From a candidate division FCPU426 bacterium (GTDB lineage: Bacteria; Oederibacteriota; JAAXVQ01; JAUVAV01): a stretch of DNA of 64,000 bases. Made by a program: the position numbers and the translations under genes. Position 1 is the first letter of the stretch. Each line of letters starts with the position of its first letter. The stretch covers positions 96,001 through 160,000 of the forward strand of contig JBFLYH010000001.1 in NCBI GenBank assembly GCA_040756875.1. Reading direction: 5' to 3'. Shown one piece after another: positions 56,599-64,000 of this stretch. The notes beneath the pieces are model-generated. The model had not been told where the DNA came from. It saw nothing but the letters and a program-made list of their open reading frames with translations, and made no database searches.

Positions 56599-57772
56599 AG
56601 GTCGCCCCCCGGCCGGGCAGGGATTCGACCTGCAACGCGCCGCCGTGGTCTTCGGCGATTTTATGGCAAATGGCCAGGCCCAGGCCCGTGCCCTGGCCCA
56701 TAGGTTTGGTGGTAAAGAGCGGGCTCCAGATTTTATCCAGGGCCTCGGATGGGATGCCCGGCCCGTTGTCCTGCACGCTCAGGTGCAATTGGTTCTTGCT
56801 CGCGAAAATGCGGGCGGTAATCGACGGATCGGGGGTGCCGGCCAGGGCGTCCGCGGCATTGGCGATCAGATTGACCAGAATCTGGGTCACCTGCACGGGG
56901 TTGGCCTTGACCTGGAAGGGGATGTCCTGGGCTTCAACCTGGACTTGGCAGAGATGCTTGGTCTTGGGCAGGCAAATTTGGATGGCGTCGGCCAGGCATT
57001 GCTTGGGATCGAGCGCTTCGATCTTGCCGCCCTGGCCGTGCGACAGGGAGCGCATGCCATCCACGATGGCCCGCAACCGGCGGACCGCTTTTTCGGCATT
57101 CTCGATCATCTCCGCCACGTCCTGCGCCTGCGGTTGGTAACCGCCGCCCGGCTCGGGCAGTCCGGCCAGTTGCTGAAAAATCTTGCCCCCGAATTGGCGC
57201 CAGAAATGCTTCAGCAGGCCGAGGTTGCCCTGCACGATGGTCAGGGGATTGTTGATCTCATGGGCGATGCCCGCGGCCATGGTCCCCAGCACGATCATGC
57301 GGTCCGCGCGGACCAGTTGCTGGGCGCGCTCCTGGGCCAGTTGCTCCAGGTCCTGGGAATACTGGGTCAGGCGTTCGTTCGTGATTTTCAGGGCGTTTTC
57401 GTAATTCGCCACCCGCACGCCCACCGAAATCCTGCTTTTCAGTTCGTCCTTGTTGAATGGTTTGGTGATATAATCGTTCGCGCCCGCGTCCAAGCCGATG
57501 GTGATGTCTTCGGGGCGGTCGTTCGAGGTCACGAGGATGATATAGACGAAATTGCTGTCCTTGCGGGCGCGCTGGCGGCGGCAAATTTCGAGGCCGTCCA
57601 GTTCGGGCATCATCCAGTCCAACAGGGCGACATCCGGCTGAGGCGAGGTCGTCAGCAATTGCCAGGCTTCCGGACCGTTGTGCGCCAGTACGATTTCATA
57701 GCCGGAGTTTTTAAGTGAATTCTCCAGCAGGCGCAGGGTGATGGGATCATCATCGGCCAACAGTATTCGCAT
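56489..57772 (-). CDS. hybrid response regulator-histidine kinase (REC-HisKA-HATPase)
   Basis: ILLADD, LDWMMP and DYITKPF; AHEINNPL, NL..NA.DA, DNGPGI, FTTK and GTGLGL. Confidence 0.92.
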   Translation of the reverse strand: MRILLADDDPITLRLLENSLKNSGYEIVLAHNGPEAWQLLTTSPQPDVALLDWMMPELDGLEICRRQRARKDSNFVYIILVTSNDRPEDITIGLDAGANDYITKPFNKDELKSRISVGVRVANYENALKITNERLTQYSQDLEQLAQERAQQLVRADRMIVLGTMAAGIAHEINNPLTIVQGNLGLLKHFWRQFGGKIFQQLAGLPEPGGGYQPQAQDVAEMIENAEKAVRRLRAIVDGMRSLSHGQGGKIEALDPKQCLADAIQICLPKTKHLCQVQVEAQDIPFQVKANPVQVTQILVNLIANAADALAGTPDPSITARIFASKNQLHLSVQDNGPGIPSEALDKIWSPLFTTKPMGQGTGLGLAICHKIAEDHGGALQVESLPGRGATFTLSLPNETDYDRFLAERQLSGSGHSASEVPSVEKL

Positions 57773-58072
57773 GCTTGTTTCTCCCGGGAGTGCAAAGATC
57801 TCCCTCGTGAGTATCGGCCTAAACCGCCACGGACTAATGCTCCGTAATTGCGCCCAGGGTAGCCAAAGGCGGGATGTTGGAACGGAATGAAAGAGGCATA
57901 GCCTTTTGGCGAGTTGCAATTTGTAACAAGGTTAATTATAATCAGCAAAAATAAGGAAAGCAAATCGCGGTGGCCGTTTTTGGGCCATTCTGCGGGGGAG
58001 AACGGAAAACGATTTAGAAATAAGAGCTTTTCAGGTGAGCTGCAAAAAAATAATTCCCCCAAATGAATGAAC

Positions 58073-58121
58073 TTCACAAATTAAGATTGGTCTAATATAA
58101 TTGAATACTTATATTTGAACC
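58073..58121 (+). promoter_or_regulatory. sigma70 promoter of nifUS overlapped by an imperfect inverted repeat
   Basis: TTCACA-17 nt-TATAAT; GGTCTAATATAA-N8-TTATATTTGAACC dyad. Confidence 0.55.
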
Positions 58122-58160
58122 AGAAGCGTTCCCGAGGGAACGGAACCGGAAGGAGCGGCC

Positions 58161-59012
58161 ATGTGGGAATATAGCGAAAGCGTTAAAGAACACTTTCTTC
58201 ATCCGCATAATGCCGGCGAGGTGCAAAACGCCAACGCCGTGGGCGAAGTGGGCTCTTTGGTCTGCGGCGACGCCTTGCGTCTGTCGCTGCGCGTAGATCC
58301 CCAAAACGAGAAGATCCTGGAAGCCAAATTCAAGACCTTCGGCTGTGGCAGCGCCATCGCCTCCTCAAGCATTCTGACCGACATGGTGCTGGGCAAAACC
58401 CTGGATGAAGCCAGCCGGATCACCAACCGCGACATAGCGGACGCATTGGGGGGGCTGCCGCAGGAAAAGATGCACTGCTCGGTCATGGGCATGGAAGCCC
58501 TGGAAGCGGCCATTGCGAACTACCGCGGCCACGGCCAGCCCCAGGCCCACGAGGAGGAAGAAGGCGAGATCGTGTGCAAGTGCTTCGGCGTGACCGACAA
58601 GAAGATCGAACGGGCGATCCGGGAAAACCACCTGACCACCCTGGAACAGGTCACCAATTACACCAAAGCCGGCGGCGCCTGCGGCAGCTGCCACTGGCGC
58701 ATCGAGGAAATTCTCCGCAAGGTGCTCGCGCAGGCGCAGCAGGCCGCCGGCGCGCCCAAGCCCGGTGGATTGACCAACCTGCAGCGCATGAAGCTCGTGC
58801 AGGAAACCCTGGACCGCGAGGTGCGGCCGCAGCTGCAAAAAGACGGCGGCGACCTGGAACTGGTCGACGTCGAAGGCAAAAAGGTCAAGGTGAGGCTGCT
58901 TGGCATGTGTTATGGGTGCCAGGTGGCGACCTTCACCCTGCGCGACCTGGTGGAAGGGAAACTGCGCGAATTTGTGGAACCGGACATCACGGTGGAGGAG
59001 ATCAGAGCATGA
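58161..59012 (+). CDS. nifU: Fe-S cluster assembly scaffold NifU (three-domain)
   Basis: CGD, FKTFGCGSAIAS and KMHCS; BFD-like CKC...CGSC; C-terminal DGGD...G.CxxC. Confidence 0.95.
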   Translation: MWEYSESVKEHFLHPHNAGEVQNANAVGEVGSLVCGDALRLSLRVDPQNEKILEAKFKTFGCGSAIASSSILTDMVLGKTLDEASRITNRDIADALGGLPQEKMHCSVMGMEALEAAIANYRGHGQPQAHEEEEGEIVCKCFGVTDKKIERAIRENHLTTLEQVTNYTKAGGACGSCHWRIEEILRKVLAQAQQAAGAPKPGGLTNLQRMKLVQETLDREVRPQLQKDGGDLELVDVEGKKVKVRLLGMCYGCQVATFTLRDLVEGKLREFVEPDITVEEIRA

Positions 59013-60190
59013 ACCCGGTCATTTACCTGGACAACAACGCCACCACTGCGGTCGCGCCCGAGGTCCGCGAAGCCATGCTGCCGTATTGGGGGGAGAAATA
59101 CGGCAACCCTTCCAGCATGCACACTTTCGGCGGGCGTCTGGCCCGCGATGTGGCCAAAGCCAGGTCCCAGGCGGCCGCGCTGTTCAACGCCCGCGACACG
59201 GAGGTCATTTTCACGAGCTGCGGCACTGAGTCCGATAATGCCGCCATCCGCGGCGTGCTGGAAGCCCTGCCTGACCGGCGGCACATTGTCACCACCCGCG
59301 TGGAGCATCCGGCGGTCCTCAACCTCTGCAAGCACTTGGAAAACCGGGGCTACCGCGTGACCTATCTTCCCGTGGACGCCAAGGGCCGGCTGGATTTGGA
59401 GGCCCTGAAGCTGGCGTTGACGCCGGACACGGCGCTGGTTTCGATCATGTACGCCAACAACGAGACCGGCACGGTTTTCCCGCTCGCTAAAATCGCCGAA
59501 CTGGTCAAGGAACGCGGGTTGATCTTGCACACGGACGCCGTGCAGGCGGCCGGCAAGCTTTCCCTGGACATGGAGGCCATTCCCGCGGACCTGGTGTCCA
59601 TTTCCGGGCACAAGCTGCACGCGCCCAAGGGCGTGGGCGCCCTGTACGTGCGGCGCGGCACGCGTTTCGTGCCGTACCTGATCGGCGGGCACCAGGAAAA
59701 CGGCCGGCGCGGCGGCACGGAAAACATGGCCGGCATCGTGGGGTTGGGCCTGGCCGCGGAACTAGCCCGCCTGCATCCGGAGGAAGCGGCGCAGCAGGCG
59801 AAGCTCCGCGACCGGCTGGAGCAGGGCATATTGCGGGCCGTGCCGTATACCCGCGTCAACGGCGATCCGGAACACCGCCTGCCCAACACCACCAACATCA
59901 GCTTCGAATACATCGAGGGCGAAGCCATCCTGCTCAAGCTGGACGAAGCCGGCATTTGCGCCTCGTCCGGCTCGGCTTGCACCTCCGGTTCCCTCGAACC
60001 GTCGCCGGTCCTGCGGGCCATGGGCGTGCCGTTTACGGCCATCCACGGCTCCATCCGGTTCTCCCTTTCGCGTTACACCACCGAGGCCGAGATCGACCGC
60101 GTGCTCTCCGTCCTGCCGCCCGTCATCGCCGGACTGCGCGAACTGTCGCCTTTCTGGGCGCGGAGGGAAGCGAGCCCCGCAAAACCCTAG
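59009..60190 (+). CDS. nifS: cysteine desulfurase NifS
   Basis: YLDNNATT, GNPSS.H, NNETG, HTDAVQ, SGHK and SSGSACTS motifs. Confidence 0.95.
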   Translation: MNPVIYLDNNATTAVAPEVREAMLPYWGEKYGNPSSMHTFGGRLARDVAKARSQAAALFNARDTEVIFTSCGTESDNAAIRGVLEALPDRRHIVTTRVEHPAVLNLCKHLENRGYRVTYLPVDAKGRLDLEALKLALTPDTALVSIMYANNETGTVFPLAKIAELVKERGLILHTDAVQAAGKLSLDMEAIPADLVSISGHKLHAPKGVGALYVRRGTRFVPYLIGGHQENGRRGGTENMAGIVGLGLAAELARLHPEEAAQQAKLRDRLEQGILRAVPYTRVNGDPEHRLPNTTNISFEYIEGEAILLKLDEAGICASSGSACTSGSLEPSPVLRAMGVPFTAIHGSIRFSLSRYTTEAEIDRVLSVLPPVIAGLRELSPFWARREASPAKP

Positions 60191-60341
60191 GGGCCTGGCT
60201 GTTCGCCCTGCGAGCCCCGGGTGTCACTGCCCGTCCGCTTTTCCTCCGCCTCCACTCAGTCGCAGATTCCGTGGACTTCATATTTAATCCGCTGTTTTAC
60301 CTGCCGATACTTTCCCTGCATCCTTCGCAGGGGGGACCAGC

Positions 60342-61439
60342 ATGGGAAAACGCGTTTTAGTGCTGACCGGCGGCGGCGACTGTCCGGGTTTGAACGCCGT
60401 GATCCGCGGCATGGTCAAGCGCGCGGGGCAGTTGGACGCTTGGGAGCTCATGGGGTCCGTGGAAGCTTTTCACGGCATGCTCCGCGAACCCATGGAATTG
60501 GTCCGCCTGACCCGGGAGACCGTGGCCGGCATCCACGTGCGCGGCGGCACGATCCTGGGCACGACCAACAAAGGGTCGCCCTTCGCCTGGCCGGTCAAAC
60601 GCCCGGACGGGACCTGGGAAAACGTGGACATCTCCGACGACCTGATCCGCAAGCTGCAGATCCAGCAGATCGATGCGGTGGTAAACATCGGGGGCGACGG
60701 CTCGCAATCCATTTCCCAGCGCCTGTACGAAAAGGGCGTGCCGATCATCGGCGTGCCCAAAACGATCGACAACGACCTGTCGTGCACGGATTTCACTTTC
60801 GGCTTCCAAACCGCGGTGGAAGTGGCCACGGACGCCGTGGACAAGCTGGTGACCACGGCCGCCTCCCACAGCCGTCTCATGATTTTGGAAGTCATGGGGC
60901 GGGACGCGGGCTGGATCGCGCTTTCGTCCGCCGTGGCCGGCGGCGCGGACGTGGTGCTTATCCCGGAAATCCCTTTTGACATCGAAAAAGTGGCGGTCAA
61001 AATCCGGAGCCGCATGAACGGCCGCAAAGGCTTTGCCATCGTGGTGGTGGCCGAGGGCGCCCGGCCCAAGGACGGCGGCCAGGTGTCCAAGCAGAGCGGG
61101 GAAGCGGGTTATCAGAACGTGCGCTTGGGCGGGGTGGGGTACGCGCTGCAGGAGGCTCTGCAGGCGGTTTTTCCCGAGCTCAGCATGCGCGTGACCGTGC
61201 TGGGGCACCTGCAGCGGGGCGGCACGCCCTGCGCGTATGACCGCATCCTGGCCACCCAGTTCGGCGTCAAAGCCGTGGAGCTGATCCGGGACGGCCGGTT
61301 CGGCCGCATGGTCGTGTACCGCCATCCGGACATCGTGGACGTGCCCCTGGCCGAGGCGGTCGGCACCTACAACCTGATCCAGCCGCAGCATTACCTGCTG
61401 CAAACCGCCCGCGGCAACGACATCTGCCTGGGGGATTAA
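60342..61439 (+). CDS. pfkA: 6-phosphofructokinase (probably ATP-dependent, group III-like)
   Basis: TGGGDCPGLN, GGTILGT, GGDGS, PKTIDND, EVMGR.AGWI and LGHLQRGG motifs. Confidence 0.9.
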   Translation: MGKRVLVLTGGGDCPGLNAVIRGMVKRAGQLDAWELMGSVEAFHGMLREPMELVRLTRETVAGIHVRGGTILGTTNKGSPFAWPVKRPDGTWENVDISDDLIRKLQIQQIDAVVNIGGDGSQSISQRLYEKGVPIIGVPKTIDNDLSCTDFTFGFQTAVEVATDAVDKLVTTAASHSRLMILEVMGRDAGWIALSSAVAGGADVVLIPEIPFDIEKVAVKIRSRMNGRKGFAIVVVAEGARPKDGGQVSKQSGEAGYQNVRLGGVGYALQEALQAVFPELSMRVTVLGHLQRGGTPCAYDRILATQFGVKAVELIRDGRFGRMVVYRHPDIVDVPLAEAVGTYNLIQPQHYLLQTARGNDICLGD

Positions 61440-61445
61440 AAGAGA

Positions 61446-61537
61446 GGGCGGCTCGCAGGCTTTTCTAGCTGCGGAACTCGCCCTTCGGCAGGCTCAGGCT
61501 CAGACAGTCCTCGCTGCGAAAAGCCTGCGAGCCGCCC
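61446..61537. repeat. long stem-loop / REP-MITE-like palindromic element
   Basis: Perfect 20-bp terminal inverted repeats GGGCGGCTCGCAGGCTTTTC / GAAAAGCCTGCGAGCCGCCC around a 52-nt core. Confidence 0.75.
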
Positions 61538-61673
61538 CTGGGGTGAGGTTGGGAAGGAAAAACTCCTGCCCACCAGGCTCCCCACCCCTCTTTTCTATGG
61601 CAATTCCCGGTTTATTTCGCTAAAATACCCGCCGTTTTTAGACCGTTCCCAAAGCTCAGGAGGAAACCGCGTT

Positions 61674-63503
61674 ATGTCCCAACCAACGTCCGCCCATCCG
61701 GATATGATCCGCACGTGGGAAGCCACGGAAAAGAACCATTCGTTGTTCGAGGACCAGATCCGCCAGCTGCCCCTGCCCGTGCTGGCCACGTTCCAGGACC
61801 AAGGCGCGCTGGCGCCGGCCGGGTTCGCGCCGGCCGCGGACCTGCGACTGACCACCAGCCACGATCCCAAGGCCCTGCAGGCCCATTTCCCGAAACTGTA
61901 TCCCAAGATCGGCGAGCAGGTGCTTGAGGCCCGGCCCGCGGACCGCCCCCGGGCCGAAGGCAAGCGCGTGGCCGTGCTCTTTTCCGGCGGGCCGGCGGCC
62001 GGCGGCCACAATGTGCTAGCCGGCCTGAAAAAAGCCCTGGGCGCGAAGAACACCTTGCTCGGCGTCCGCCAGGGTCCCAAGGGACTGTTGAACGGGAAAA
62101 TCTTCGAAGTCACGGACGCGGACATGGCGCGGGTCTTCAACACGGGCGGCTTCGATTTCCTCGGCTCCGACCGCACCAAGATCAAGAGCCACGAGCAATT
62201 TAAGCAGGTCAAGGCCGTGTGCCAGGAACACCGCCTGGACGCCCTGGTGATCGTGGGCGGCGACGATTCCAACACCAACGCCGCGCTGCTCGCGGAGTTC
62301 CTGGCTGACAACGTGCATCCAGACGGCCGCGGCGTGCAGGTGATCGGCGTGCCCAAGACCATTGACGGCGACCTCCAGGCCGACGGCCTGCTGCCCATTT
62401 CCTTCGGCTTCGACACGGCCACGAAAATTTATGCGGAACTGGTGGGCAACATCCTGCAGGACACGCCCTCGTCGCGCAAATACTGGCATTTCGTGAAGCT
62501 GATGGGGCGCAGCGCCACGCACGTGGGGCTGGAAGTCGCGCTGCAGGCCAAACCGTCGGTGGCCTTTGTGTCCGAGGAGATCGCGGACAAGAAGCTTTCG
62601 CTCTCGCAGATCGTGGACATCCTGTGCCGGGCCATCGCCCGCCGCGCGGCCAAAGGCATGGATTACGGCGTGGTGCTGATCCCCGAGGGCCTGATCGAGT
62701 TCATTCCCGAGATGCGCAGCCTCATCCAGGAACTCAACGAGATCATGGGCAAGTACGCCAAGGTGCTGGCGGACACGCGCACGCTCGCGGAAAAGAAGGA
62801 TTTCATCTTTGGCAAGATTTCCCCTCAGTCCGCCAAGCTCATGGCCTCCTTGCCCGATGAATTCGAGGACATGCTGCTCCTGGACCGGGACGCGCACGGC
62901 AATCTCCAGGTCTCCCAAATCCCCACGGAAAAACTGCTCATCGAGATGGTCCAGACCCGGCTGCACGAGATGAAGGTGGATCCGTCCGGTTTCGTCGGCC
63001 AGGAGGCCGGGCAGGTGGACCTGACTCCGGCGGAAGTGGAGCGTTTCCAGAAATCCAAGTTCGCGACCAACAACCACTTCTTCGGCTACGAAGGCCGCTG
63101 TGGCGCGCCCAGCCGGTTCGACGCCGCCTATACCTTCAACCTGGGGCTGACAGCCGGCTCCCTGGCCCTTTCCGGACACACCGGCTACATGGTGGCTGTC
63201 CGCAACCTGGACCAGGGCGGGCAGGCCCTGGCCCTGCCGCTGACCGGCCTGCTGCACCAGGAGCGCCGGCATGGCGAGGATGAAATGGTGATCGAAAAGG
63301 CGTTGGTGGAGGTCGGCTCTCCGGCGTTCAAATATTTCCTGGCGGTGCGCGAGCGTTGGGCCCAGGAGGACCGCTTTGCCTCGCCCGGTCCCAGGCAGGC
63401 GTGGGGCCCGGTTGCCAACCAGATGCCCGTTACCGTGGCTATGAACCAGGGATACGCCGGGTTGAGTTTTGACCTGGGTCCCGAAGTGAAGGTGGTTTTT
63501 TAA
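61674..63503 (+). CDS. pfp: pyrophosphate--fructose-6-phosphate 1-phosphotransferase (long-clade PPi-PFK)
   Basis: GGDDSNTNA, PKTIDGD, KYWHFVKLMGR, PEGLIEF, RD.HGN and HFFGYEGRC motifs. Confidence 0.92.
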   Translation: MSQPTSAHPDMIRTWEATEKNHSLFEDQIRQLPLPVLATFQDQGALAPAGFAPAADLRLTTSHDPKALQAHFPKLYPKIGEQVLEARPADRPRAEGKRVAVLFSGGPAAGGHNVLAGLKKALGAKNTLLGVRQGPKGLLNGKIFEVTDADMARVFNTGGFDFLGSDRTKIKSHEQFKQVKAVCQEHRLDALVIVGGDDSNTNAALLAEFLADNVHPDGRGVQVIGVPKTIDGDLQADGLLPISFGFDTATKIYAELVGNILQDTPSSRKYWHFVKLMGRSATHVGLEVALQAKPSVAFVSEEIADKKLSLSQIVDILCRAIARRAAKGMDYGVVLIPEGLIEFIPEMRSLIQELNEIMGKYAKVLADTRTLAEKKDFIFGKISPQSAKLMASLPDEFEDMLLLDRDAHGNLQVSQIPTEKLLIEMVQTRLHEMKVDPSGFVGQEAGQVDLTPAEVERFQKSKFATNNHFFGYEGRCGAPSRFDAAYTFNLGLTAGSLALSGHTGYMVAVRNLDQGGQALALPLTGLLHQERRHGEDEMVIEKALVEVGSPAFKYFLAVRERWAQEDRFASPGPRQAWGPVANQMPVTVAMNQGYAGLSFDLGPEVKVVF

Positions 63504-63524
63504 GCACGGGCTGAAAACCGCCCG

Positions 63525-64000
63525 TCAAGGCGTTCCGCCGGCCGCCGGCGTTTCAAGATGCCGTTCGAGCCTGCGGCCGGAAACAGCCAGTTCCGCCAGC
63601 ACGGCCTCGAGTTTGGCCGCGCCCTGGCGGGTTTTGGCTAGTTCCTCCAGCTGCTGGGCATTGGCCGCCACGTGTTCGCACGAGAGGTTCGCCGCCGTCC
63701 CCTTGAGGGTATGCGCCAGCTGCCTCACTTCATCGTGGCGTTCGGACTGGGCCGCCGCCTGGAGCTTGGGCAGGGTGTCGCGCATCTGCCGAATGAAGTC
63801 CTGCAGCAGTTCCCGCAGCAAATCGCTGTTGCCGTCCGCGCGTTCGAGGGCCACGGGCCAGTTGACGACCGTCGGTTTCGCCGACGGACCGGCCGCCGAC
63901 GGGCCGGCCGGCTCGGCGGTCGTTCCGGCCTGGCGGCCGTAGCGGTCCAAAAGCGCATACAATTCCCGGCGGTCGATCGGCTTGGAAAGGTAATCATCCA
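63525..64000 (-). CDS. C-terminal part of a hybrid sensor kinase (end of REC + Hpt), 5'-partial
   Basis: DDYLSKPIDRRELY at the window edge; AHTLKGTAANL Hpt motif. Confidence 0.85.
   Translation of the reverse strand, partial: DDYLSKPIDRRELYALLDRYGRQAGTTAEPAGPSAAGPSAKPTVVNWPVALERADGNSDLLRELLQDFIRQMRDTLPKLQAAAQSERHDEVRQLAHTLKGTAANLSCEHVAANAQQLEELAKTRQGAAKLEAVLAELAVSGRRLERHLETPAAGGTP

Noticed and set aside
58089-58121. dif site
   Set aside because: 8-nt rather than 6-nt spacer, poor match to the XerD arm TTATGTTAAAT, and it overlaps a good promoter.
58161-60190. Nitrogen fixation cluster
   Set aside because: No nifH, nifD, nifK, nifE, nifN or nifB in the window.

Overview
A 64-kb window from a GC-rich, probably anaerobic diderm bacterium (outer-membrane beta-barrel, lipoproteins, FeoAB, HydF, NifU/NifS, PPi-PFK). 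Secreted Thr/Pro-linker proteins ending in a 'YPNP...GVY' T9SS-like C-terminal domain suggest a lineage such as candidate FCPU426/Firestonebacteria/Goldbacteria; this is inference only. The left half (1-34 kb) is accessory. The right half is mostly housekeeping: feoAB, aspA-hydF, mtgA, CDF, xerD, CCA-type nucleotidyltransferase, mutY, nifUS, two PFKs and two-component genes. The most unusual part is an AT-richer island at about 11.5-20 kb. There, unrelated single genes (DUF2971, GNAT, two YhcG/DUF1016 nucleases, secreted proteins) are separated by eight co-oriented copies of a small hairpin repeat (GGGACGTTGTTTRAATGTC-MRR-ATG), several right at gene 3' ends. It looks like an integron-style cassette array with non-attC sites and no recombinase nearby. 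Between two of these repeats sits a 36-nt copy of a palindrome from inside the adjacent yhcG coding sequence, and that palindrome co-varies between the two yhcG paralogues. Other notable items are a divergent MFS/GNAT-HDAC-fusion // KamA-Ddl-Ddl cluster, five dispersed paralogues of a DUF2378/V4R-like family, and an HNH nuclease with a dockerin/EF-hand-like loop. No rRNA, tRNA or CRISPR array was seen. All calls come from motif recognition by eye; no database search was run.
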